The position numbers and the translations under genes are program-made. The notes under the pieces are model-generated. The model ran no database searches and was not told the DNA's origin. It saw only the letters and a list, made by a program, of their open reading frames with translations. A stretch of 63,961 nt of DNA, filler included, from Stramenopiles sp. TOSAG23-3 (Eukaryota), in assembly GCA_900128585.1 (NCBI GenBank). It is 13 parts of 13 records of this genome, joined end to end, with 100 filler letters (N's around TTAATTAATTAA, not from the genome) between each part and the next. Parts side by side here need not be neighbours in the genome. Positions count along the whole stretch, not along the records: positions 7,288 to 14,470 come from LT643191.1; positions 14,571 to 21,753 come from LT643192.1; 11 more parts are not named here. One strand, given 5' to 3'. Shown here one piece after another: positions 10,201 to 19,487 of this stretch; positions within the stretch are counted from its first letter, which is position 1, and every line of letters starts with the position of its first letter.

Positions 10201-11641
10201 TCCGTTTTCTCTTTTCTCTCGCGACCGTGCTCAGGTCAGTACAATGGGAGAGCAGTTGCTTAACCCAGCATGTGAACTTACAGACCAGCGAGCGGCTGAC
10301 ATCATTTATGGCAAGCAAATTGCGTATATGCTAGCCCTGCCCGCGTTAATGCTCCTCTCCAAAGCATTCTGGGTCATGGTTTCCGTTTGTCAAGGGCGCC
10401 CGTTTAGCTTCCGGGGAGCTAATGGACGGTCGCCCAGCCACAAGGACGGCAGCGTTGCCACCATCGTGTTTGTGTCCTACCTGATGTACCCTACGCTATG
10501 CCGTCAATCGTTCGCTCTGTTAAAGTGCCACGCCGTTGGCGGTACACAGTACCTTCTGGCGGATCTGGAGGAACCGTGCTGGACTGGTCGGCATGTGCTG
10601 TTCATATGGCTAACGTCTGTCCCACAGATTGTGTTCTACGTTTTTGGGATCCCGGCCGTCGGTCTGTGGGCAGCGCACCGGTCTCTCTCTAAAAGACGTA
10701 AAAAGTTGAAGAAAATGGTTTCCACCCAAACGGCGGCAGTGGAGCGATCACTCTCCAAAAGGCGTCTGAGCACAACGAATTTTTCTATTGCCCGCTTTCG
10801 TTATGGAATGCTGTACAGTGCGTTTGGCCGAAAACGTTGGTACTGGGGGGCCGTGATTGCTTTTCGGAAAGCCTTCATAGCATTTCTTACTAGCGCCATG
10901 ACAGACCCAAACTTAGAAGTTCATTTTATAGTTGCATTTCTGGCCTCATGCATTATGGCGAATATCGTTCAGGAACCATACATTGGCGCCCAGGGAATTA
11001 CGCCGGAACAAGCCCGTTGGCTCCAACAGTTCGATTCGGCGTCGTTGTTTGTTTTGTTGATGACCGCTTGGTCGGGCGTATTTTTTGGGAGCAACACTGC
11101 TTTCTGTGAATTCGGCGGTGCGTGCCTTGCGCTCTTGTACCTCACGGTTGGGCTAAACATGGGATTTTTTTTATACTGTGCATGGATATACAGAACGCTT
11201 CTCTTGTACAGCTTGAAGGTAGCCCTTTACATTTTCACCTGTCGGTGCAAAGACATTAGGAAACTGAAAAAAAGAACAAAAAAACGTTCCAGGGAGAGCG
11301 TGTTGCACAACCCGCTCTACTTTCGGCGGTCTTTGGTAGCAAAGCAAACCTTTGAAAACCCGTTGGTAGCGGCCGGTGCCGACGACGAGACTATAAAGCG
11401 GCAGCGGCGAAAACAGTCGATCGAAATGCAAGCGGTGAAACACATGGGGCGTGTTGCTGACAAAAGGTCAAACAGAATCAAACGTATACAATCGATAAGA
11501 AGGTTGAGATCAGCGCAATTGAAGACTGATTCTTCCGAGCCTCCGGCACCGACCGACAGCGAGTGGGTCGCAATGACTGATCCAGACTCCGGCTTCAGTT
11601 ACTATTGGAATCGAGAGACAAATGAAACCCAATGGGCTTAA
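7288..11641 (+). CDS. Large multi-pass cell-surface protein: Cys-rich GCC2/GCC3-like repeat, IPT/TIG, Calx-beta/cadherin-like and FN3 modules, multi-TM region, C-terminal WW domain; 5'-partial, two exons (..10119, 10235..11641)
   Basis: CPKG...C..C..G repeats, GG.ITIHG.YFG (IPT), LTFT..W...Q.V.V...D/N repeats, CQPCPEGAFC, several hydrophobic helices, and WW domain SEWVAMTDPDSGFSYYWNRETNETQW. Splicing joins the two ORFs in frame (EGA|VSTMGEQ). Confidence 0.85.
10120..10234 (+). other. Spliceosomal intron, 115 nt, phase 0
   Basis: GTAAGT donor at 10120, TACTAAC branch point at 10191-10197, pyrimidine tract, CAG acceptor ending at 10234; removal restores the reading frame. Confidence 0.93.
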
Positions 11642-11748
11642 AATGATGAGTCTGATCAGCCGTCAAGACTGGTAAATAGCACTATCATGGCATGCTGAAA
11701 CATGATACTAAAATCCCCCTGTAAAACTTTATTTATATTGCTATCAGT

Positions 11749-11809
11749 GCAGGTAGTACCTGGTACCAGGTACCACCTGGTTCCTGGTATTATACCTGGG
11801 TACCAGGTG
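11749..11809. repeat. Palindromic ACCTGG/GGTACC/CCAGGT cluster in a convergent intergenic region
   Basis: Perfect 18-bp palindrome gtacctggtaccaggtac at 11756-11773, plus near-palindrome acctgggtaccaggt at 11794-11808. Confidence 0.85.
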
Positions 11810-11932
11810 CCGTCGTAAGAAATTCTTTAACTATTTTACACCTGCATCAAAATCTCCTATAAATATTTAAAACGCGAATTTAGTGTTTCATCGTCGTTTA
11901 TCTGAATTTTTTCACTTTTTTCTCTGCCTTCT

Positions 11933-13442
11933 TTACTTCGGGGGAGGGGGCGGGGGCTTCGACATCCCATTATTATTTTCAGCTGTTGCCTGGGTTGCCC
12001 GTTTCCCCTCCTTCACTGCGGGTGAGGCTTCAAATCGTAGCACCGGCCGGCCTTTCGGCGGGGAGATTTTGCGAGGGGGGGCGTTTGGTTTAATAGGAGG
12101 GGCAGGTTTGGACACGTTTCCTGGCCCACTCATCCCCTGCGGCGACGGCGCCGATGACGAGGCGCGGACTACATATGCCGACCCTGCATTTCGCAACGCT
12201 GCGCCCCGAGGGGGTGGACCGGGTGGTGGGGGGCGAGGAGGGGGGGCCGTTCCGACCCCTAGTTGTTTCTTTTTCGGAGGCATGGCCTTGTTGTTTTCTT
12301 TCGGGTTGGGAACCACCCCCCGCAGCATGCTTCCAATTTGCTTCTTGGAAGACGCCATTTCCTTCTTTGCCTTCTTCTTCTTCTTCTTCGTGGGGTCTTT
12401 CATGTTGACTGCCTTTCGCATCTTTAGCATTGCGAACGCCATCAACAGTGCCAGAGCGCCAAATATCGCGGAGACGATGGCAACGACTGTAATTTGCGTG
12501 TCAGAATCTACGGCGGCGCTCGCCGGCACATTCGCAATGAAGACCTGGGCGCCCCTGTACGCAGTTTTGATGCCATTTTCTCCGACGACCACAACATTCA
12601 CAAAGAACTTCTCGCCAGGCTCCCCTCGAAAAAATTTCATAATCTTGGTGCCGTTTTCACGAGGTTCAAAGCCCCCATCGTCTATTGGGACCCCAAACTG
12701 CTCTATGCCGCAGGCTGTGTACATGACTCGGCACGGCCTGCTCGCGGAGTAATCCAAGCACACTGGCAACAGGTTAGCCCCCCCCCCCCTCGGTCGCCCC
12801 ACTTTCGGTTGGCTGGCTCTCTTCAGCCGCCCCCTCGTCGACTACCTTTGCCTTGTATAGCTGGTACATTGCGTTCCGGTCGCTGTCCGTGGCGTCAAAC
12901 TTTACCTTTATCGCAGGCACTGTCAGTTTCTCTTGAAATGCTTCCACGGCCCCAAAGCCCCCGCCAACGGGTGGAAGGGCCAAAAAGTTCCGGTTTGTGT
13001 ACGCAACCAAGGTGTAGTTTGCATCCGTAACGGCGTCCACCGTGATGTAGTAATCCCTGTTGTACAAGTTGGTGTCCACCGTTTTGATCGATCCTGGCTC
13101 GGTATTGTTGGCCTCATACCGAAAATCATACTCTGTTGGCCATGGAAACGGGTTCGTTTTCACCCAAACAGCAACGCCCCCCGAGCAAGGCGATACACGC
13201 AAGTGAAACTTTGGGTTCTCGTCGTTGATCAGGCCCAGATCTTCCACACGAAAATGGTAATGGTTTGAGGTCCCCTTCTCCGCAAAACCATGCACAGGGA
13301 CGGACTCGGGTAGACACCCGCACACACCTTCCTTTAAGGCTTCATCTTGGTATGTACACACCTTCTCTCCATCCTGGGATGAAAGCACCCCGTGCACGCA
13401 GCAGAACAGAACAAGCAGCAATGATGATAATTCACTCGCCAT
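11933..13442 (-). CDS. Type I membrane protein (signal peptide, beta-rich ectodomain, one TM helix, Lys- and Pro-rich tail), split by a frameshift in a G12 run
   Basis: ORF 12774-13442 has the signal peptide; ORF 11933-12802 has the TM ITVVAIVSAIFGALALLMAFAML and the polyproline tail. They overlap at C12 (12778-12789), where 11 or 14 bases would fuse them. Confidence 0.75.
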
Positions 13443-13539
13443 CGTTTACCCTTACTTACGTTTCAAAGAAACACACGGGCAAACACACAAGGAAAAAATC
13501 CAAATATAGACAAACGCACATGCGCAAAACTATTCCGGC

Positions 13540-14256
13540 ATGGCGTCTCTTTCTTTCTTGAAAACGTTCGAGTCGAAGTGGAAAACTTCATCGCCCCAAC
13601 TAACGGTGGCGAATGTATGTTATGGCGGAGTAGCGATCTTTGCGTTGACGTTTCTGTTGTTGCAGAAGAAATGTTTTGGGAAGTCGATAACGAAACGGTT
13701 GACCAGAATTTACTTTCCGCTGGTCTGGCCGTTGAACTATATGGTGAGAAAATACATAAAGTCTGGAAACTACTGGTCCCGAGTAGACGAAGTCTTGTTT
13801 TTGGGAGCGGTGCCGTTGCATGGTTATTTTTTCAACCACGTAGAAGATTTGTACAAGAATGGCGTCAGGGGTGTGATCAATTGCCAGGACGAATACGTCG
13901 GACCAGTGGAAAAGTACAAGAAGATGGGCATGAAGCAGTTGCACATTCCCATCGTGGACCATGTAGAACCGACTTTCGAGGAATTGAAAAGCGCAATCAG
14001 GTTTATCGATGAATACAGTTTGAGCGAGGACACGACGATTGCCCAAGTGTACTGCCATTGCAAAGGCGGGCATGGTCGATCGGCAGCGATTGCAATCTGC
14101 TGGCTTATGTACCGGCACGGTCTCGACCCGGTCTCCGCACAGAAAAGGTTGAATAGTATACGAGACGTGCGAAAGAAGCTGCACCAACAACCAAATGTCT
14201 TGGCGTTTTGGAGAGGTTTACGCACCGATCCGTATTTATCCAAACGCTCGCTTTGA
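13540..14256 (+). CDS. PTPMT1: Dual-specificity phosphatase, PTPMT1-like (phosphatidylglycerophosphatase)
   Basis: WSRVDEVLFLGAVP, GVRGVINCQDEY, QLHIPIVDH, catalytic VYCHCKGGHGRSA. Confidence 0.8.
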   Translation: MASLSFLKTFESKWKTSSPQLTVANVCYGGVAIFALTFLLLQKKCFGKSITKRLTRIYFPLVWPLNYMVRKYIKSGNYWSRVDEVLFLGAVPLHGYFFNHVEDLYKNGVRGVINCQDEYVGPVEKYKKMGMKQLHIPIVDHVEPTFEELKSAIRFIDEYSLSEDTTIAQVYCHCKGGHGRSAAIAICWLMYRHGLDPVSAQKRLNSIRDVRKKLHQQPNVLAFWRGLRTDPYLSKRSL

Positions 14257-14579
14257 AGTATATGCATACGATCGAAACGAAGGCACAATCCGTCAACCTT
14301 TCTCTCTGCTTCTAACCCCGTTTTCAATCCTCCGTGTATTAACTAGTCAAGGGAAAGCAAGAAGGAAGAAATACAAAAAAAGGAAACAAATGTTTTATAA
14401 ATGTATTTTTATTATATAATAGAAAATAGACGACTATTGTCATCATTGAAGAAGAAATAAAAATCATAATNNNNNNNNNNNNNNNNNNNNNNNNNNNNNN
14501 NNNNNNNNNNNNNNTTAATTAATTAANNNNNNNNNNNNNNNNNNNNNNNNNNNNNNNNNNNNNNNNNNNNTCTTTCGAC

Positions 14580-14647
<68 letters not shown>

Positions 14648-14649
14648 TC
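14580..14649. repeat. (TTTC)n microsatellite
   Basis: About 17 tandem tttc units at the contig start. Confidence 0.95.
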
Positions 14650-15239
14650 CTGCCCCTCCCTCCAACCCTTCCTTTTTAAAACTAGCGCTTTTCTTCTAGA
14701 ACTCTCCTCCTTTTATTCCACTTTATTCTCAATTCCTGAAGTACACAGTCCCTGCTACTTTCTAATAATCTGATAGAGCATCAGAGCGGTACAAGAACAC
14801 CAATGAAGTATTGTCCAAGTTTGAATTTAGTACACAGAATAACAAATACAACTATAGATACGAATACTTGCCGTATCAAATTCAAACTTTTTGAGTTGCC
14901 TGTAGCTGGTTTCTGGTTGTCACATTATTCTTAAATACTTTTTCCTTGATTATGTGACCCTGTTGTTGTGGCATGTGGTATAATGTATAATAACCTCCAC
15001 GTTTCTAATAAGATAATTAATTGGCACTAGTAGTGTAGTTACATTGATAATTTCTAAGTTTACCCACGTTACCTACGAGTCCTAGTATTTGGTCGGTATT
15101 CATGACTTAGCAACCAGGACTGTCACTGATCTTGTTCTCACATTCCAATTGGAATCTTGACCAGAAATTGGATAGGATCTGCAACAGGGAGGAGATATTG
15201 TTCTTGAATTGACACCCTCTTGTCCCAGTTTTGTCATTT

Positions 15240-17027
15240 TTACAGCCTTAGCCTGTCAATACAAACAGAAATGTGCTCCTCCCCCAAGGTGTTGCTCCCC
15301 CACGCCCCAACGTTCCACCCCCGCTGGTCCGGCCGCAGGCGCAGGGCGCAGAACGCCTCTGCAACTTTGGGGTTCCCGTCGCGGAGGAGGATGTTCGCCT
15401 GGAGCGCGAGCGCGAGCTGGTCGGCCAAATACCGCGGGCCCACTTCCATTGGCTTGAAGATGTTGTCCTTTACGTTGTCCAGCAGGCTGTCTAAATGTTT
15501 GTCGTACCCTCGTGCTTTCTCCAACTCGTTGACCATCGCGTGTCCCACCTCCTCTTTCTGCAGGGCCCGAACGATGTCCAGCGATATCACGTTCCCGCTG
15601 CCTTCCCAAATAGAATTCAGCGGAGACTGGCGGAAGAGGCGGGCCATCGGACCCTCTTCCACGTACCCGTTCCCACCGAAACACTCCAAGGACTCGAACA
15701 CCATGGCTGGGGCACGCTTGCACACCCAATATTTGCTGACGGCCGTGGCAATTCGGCGGAACAGCTGCTCATCCTGCGACGCCGAGGCCCCGGCATCGAA
15801 CGCCTGGGCCATGCGGACCCACGTGGCAATGGCGGCCTCCGACTCCACGGCCAGGTCGGCGAGGACGCTGCGCATGACCGGCTGGTCAATCAGGTAAGCG
15901 CCGAAAGCTTTCCGCTCGCTGGTGTGGTGGGCGGCCTGCTGGGCGGCATGGCGCATCAGCGCGGCACTCCCAATGGTGCAGTCCAACCGCGTGTGCACCA
16001 CCATCTCGATGATGGTGGGAACACCCCGCCCAGGCTCGCCGATCATGAAGCCGTACGCATCGTTGTACTCTACCTCGCTGCTGGCGTTGCTCCGGTCCCC
16101 TATTTTATCTTTCAAGCGCATGATGTTAAACCCCTTGTTCCTCGACCCGTCCGGAAGCCAGCGAGGGACGAGAAAGCAGGAGGGCGAGTTCGGGTGCTCG
16201 TCCGTCTGCGCGAGCGTCAGAAATGCGTCGCTCATCGGTGCCGAGGTGAACCATTTGTGCCCGACCAGAGAGAACATGTCGCCGTTTCCGCTCTTTTGCG
16301 CAGACACGGGCGTCGCGACCGTACTGTTTGCCCGAACGTCGCTGCCCCCCTGCTTTTCAGTCATCGACATGCCAATCGTGGCCCCTTTCTTTGCCTCTAT
16401 CGGAATGTCCCGTGGGTCGTACACGCCACTGGCGACTCGATTGATCCAAAGGCTGCACCGGTCCGGGGAACCCATCCTCAGCGCAGGAACAGATGCGAAC
16501 GTCATGGTCATCGGACAGACCGTCCCCGACTCCAACTGGTACATCAAGTGGCACATCGCCCCCCGGGCCACGTGGGCCCCCGCCGCACCTAGATTCTGCC
16601 ACGCGTACGCAGCGACCCCGTGCGACAGCCCGTGGTCCATCAACTCGTGGTACGTTGGCTGGTACTCGACGCAGTCCACACGGTTCCCAAACCGGTCGTG
16701 GGTGACTAACTGGGGCGGGTGCTTGTTTGCATGGTGCGCCTTTTCCAGCCACTCTCGCTTACCGCTTTTTTCCCCGAACACCTTCACGTCCGCAACGGCC
16801 CCCTCTTCGCACCCCGAGCGCTCCATTGCCTCCAGTAACGCAGTGTCAAGGGCAGAGTTGAAGTTCTCCAGTGGTGTTACCTGGTTGACGACATCATGGG
16901 TGGGTACGTAGGCGTGTGCAGCCCGAGTCGACGACCACGGTCGGATGTTCTGCGGGTACGCACGTTTGCACCGCGCCAGGGTCACCCTACTGCAACCACG
17001 TTGTGCAGCAGAGAGAACCGTTTCCAT
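15240..17027 (-). CDS. aidB: AidB-type acyl-CoA dehydrogenase family flavoprotein with a probable mitochondrial presequence
   Basis: CPMTMT, GMSMTEKQGGSDVRAN, GHKWFTSAPMSDAFLTLAQT, RLKDKIGDRSNASSEVEY, NSIWEGSGNV. Likely start is METVLSAAQRGCSRVTLAR at 17027. Confidence 0.9.
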   Translation of the reverse strand: METVLSAAQRGCSRVTLARCKRAYPQNIRPWSSTRAAHAYVPTHDVVNQVTPLENFNSALDTALLEAMERSGCEEGAVADVKVFGEKSGKREWLEKAHHANKHPPQLVTHDRFGNRVDCVEYQPTYHELMDHGLSHGVAAYAWQNLGAAGAHVARGAMCHLMYQLESGTVCPMTMTFASVPALRMGSPDRCSLWINRVASGVYDPRDIPIEAKKGATIGMSMTEKQGGSDVRANSTVATPVSAQKSGNGDMFSLVGHKWFTSAPMSDAFLTLAQTDEHPNSPSCFLVPRWLPDGSRNKGFNIMRLKDKIGDRSNASSEVEYNDAYGFMIGEPGRGVPTIIEMVVHTRLDCTIGSAALMRHAAQQAAHHTSERKAFGAYLIDQPVMRSVLADLAVESEAAIATWVRMAQAFDAGASASQDEQLFRRIATAVSKYWVCKRAPAMVFESLECFGGNGYVEEGPMARLFRQSPLNSIWEGSGNVISLDIVRALQKEEVGHAMVNELEKARGYDKHLDSLLDNVKDNIFKPMEVGPRYLADQLALALQANILLRDGNPKVAEAFCALRLRPDQRGWNVGAWGSNTLGEEHISVCIDRLRL

Positions 17028-17947
17028 CGTTCCAGACAAGACAAGAAAGGACGGGGTCCCAAGTACACAGGAGTATGCGGTAGTCGGGGAACGCGCCTTG
17101 GCAGCAACGCATGAAATACTCAAACCAAAGGGAAAGCGGGGGAGTAAATATCTAATTGCAAATGAGCCAGGTGTAATTTTTACATTGGATTGAAGTGGAG
17201 GCGATCCGTTATCAAGGTAAACCCTCCTCCTCCTTTTTAGTATCATATCTTCTTCTTCTTTTTTTCTTCTTCTGCTGAGTGCTGAGGACTGAGGAGCAGA
17301 TCGAATGAGTAGTAGTTAGGGCTAGGGTTATTGAAGTCGATAGAGTTGTAATTATGGTACAAATAGTCGTTATACCTTCTTTTCTTTCACTTAATCCTCT
17401 TGTGCTCAATTAAGCTGGAGTAGAATGCAATAGAAAAGAGTTGAAAACCAACGGCAATAAATAAAATTTAATAAAACCTTTAATTTATATAAGCTTATAA
17501 TGAAATATAAAAATCAAATAATATAAATAACATATATAAATACCTTAACTTAAATAAAAACCAAAAGGTATACTTCAACAAGAATAGTTTAATTTACGAT
17601 GCTATCTCTATATTAATGATCATTGGTCAAGAAGCTCAAGATGTGATTTCTTTCGTTGTTGCAATTGTATTCTAGATGCTGTATCCTGTATCCATGTCTT
17701 CTTTTAAAAAAAAAAAAATTCTAATGAATTTAGTTTGATCGTCGCATCATTAATTTTTAATGCTGTGTAAGGTATTCGTTCCAGACCACAATTCTTTTTG
17801 TTCTTTGAAGAAAGCCAAAGAAAAGACTCCTTTTCCTCTTCGGTTTCAAGTGTGATATTTAAATAGGGTAATATTATACTTGTATATTATAAAAGTATAC
17901 ATCTAAAATATTTAACATCGCGATACCATTGCCTTACGACAAAACTA

Positions 17948-18019
17948 AGAAAGAAGAAGAAAGAAAGAAAGAAAGAATGAAGGAAAGAAAGAAAGAAAGA
18001 ATGAAAGAATGAAAGAAAA
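17948..18019. repeat. Imperfect (GAAA)n microsatellite
   Basis: gaaagaaagaaa tract interrupted by gaat. Confidence 0.85.
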
Positions 18020-18382
18020 CAAAAGTAGGAGAATAATTTAGAGTTTGTTATTTATATTTATTATATAATATAGGTACATAGCAGGTAATGAATCTCTATA
18101 AATATCAAACAATGCAAAGTAACCTCAACATATTTCTTTTTTGAGACGTCCATCCTATTATGTTGTACCCGTAGTAGTAAGAGTATTATTCTTCTTCTTC
18201 TAGCTTTTTACTCACGCACGAAAGGATCGAGATATGTAGGTTTGAAGAACACTTCAAAAGTGTTGGACAGGGTGTTCCAATTCGCTGTAATTGATTTAAT
18301 ACAATACATTTGTACCTGCGTGCGTGTGTGTGTAAAAAGAGACCAAGGAACGTTTCTTCCACCGAACACGAACACCGCCACC

Positions 18383-19447
18383 ATGTTCAATACTGCGAAT
18401 ATCGTTCGTGCCGCCTCCAGAGTGGCGCTGCGACAAGGCACCATTCATAGTACTATACGGTCGTTCGCTGCAACGTCGTGGCACCAGGACCCGAGGAAGC
18501 ACAAAGCTGCGTCTTCGAACGGTTTCATAAATGTGACAGGGAAAAATTGGGACGGGAGCGCGCTGCTGAAGCAGACGGACGAGAATATCACGGAAAAGTA
18601 CGACTTGGGGCGCGTTTCGGGCCGCGGGCGTTTCGGGAAAGTCCAGGAAGCGACCTGCTTGAAAACGGGAGACCGCGTCGCCGTGAAAACCATTCCAATG
18701 CGAAATATCTACGAGCACGAGACGTTGTTAAACGAAATCGAGATACTGGCCAACAACGACCACCCCAACCTCATGTCGAGCATCGAGACGGTCGTAACAT
18801 CGAACCACGTCCATATCGTTTCTGATTTTTTTGAGGGGGGGGAGCTGTACGATAGGATTGTAGGCAGGGAGCAGTACACGTTTACCAGGGAAGAGATCAT
18901 AGTCGTCATGTACCAGATACTGACCGGGCTGAAGGAGATGCACGAGAATAACGTAACCCACAGGGACATAAAGCCAGAGAACGTTATGTTCAAAGAGGAG
19001 GATGGGTGGGAGTTGGCGCTGATAGATTTTGGGATGGCGATGGAGGTGAACCCGAACGAAGTGAATGGCCTGTCGGGCAAAGCGGGGAGTCCCTCGTACG
19101 TCGCTCCGGAGGTCATTGGGGAGGAATACGACGAGCGGGCCGACTGCTGGTCCGCGGGCGTTATTATGTACATATTATCATGCGGGAAGGCGCCGTTCAA
19201 GGGAAAGTCGTCCGAAGACACCATAGAATTGATCCGAGCAGGAAAGTACTGCGTGCGTGCCGAGGAGTGGACCAGCCTATGCGACGACGTACGGGACGTG
19301 GTACAGGGGCTGCTGCAAACGGACCCGGCCGACCGCTTAACCGCCAAGGAAGCCCTGGAGCAGGACCTGTTCGAGGATTTTAGGAGCGCGGACGCGGGGG
19401 GGTTAGGGATGGACAGAGGTGCAACAAAGGACTTGGTGTTCATATAA
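18383..19447 (+). CDS. CAMK-group Ser/Thr kinase without EF-hands, with a mitochondrial-type presequence
   Basis: GRGRFGKV, VAVK, GGELYDRI, HRDIKPEN, DFG, YVAPE, DCWSAGV. The ATG at 18383 is in a GCCACCATG context. Confidence 0.92.
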   Translation: MFNTANIVRAASRVALRQGTIHSTIRSFAATSWHQDPRKHKAASSNGFINVTGKNWDGSALLKQTDENITEKYDLGRVSGRGRFGKVQEATCLKTGDRVAVKTIPMRNIYEHETLLNEIEILANNDHPNLMSSIETVVTSNHVHIVSDFFEGGELYDRIVGREQYTFTREEIIVVMYQILTGLKEMHENNVTHRDIKPENVMFKEEDGWELALIDFGMAMEVNPNEVNGLSGKAGSPSYVAPEVIGEEYDERADCWSAGVIMYILSCGKAPFKGKSSEDTIELIRAGKYCVRAEEWTSLCDDVRDVVQGLLQTDPADRLTAKEALEQDLFEDFRSADAGGLGMDRGATKDLVFI

Positions 19448-19487
19448 CTAAGTGAATAATTTTATTGTGTTAAAAAAATCTGAATTT

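Noticed and set aside
15220..16911. Long antisense ORFs over aidB, and similar ones over the GH38, TDH, dikinase and 3210-4025 genes
   Set aside because: These are shadow frames expected from high GC3 codon bias and show no independent motifs.
17313..17329. Telomere-like ttagggctagggtta (and ccctaatcctaa at 28990 and 31741)
   Set aside because: Only two or three degenerate units, internal to spacers or to the dispersed repeat; not a telomere.
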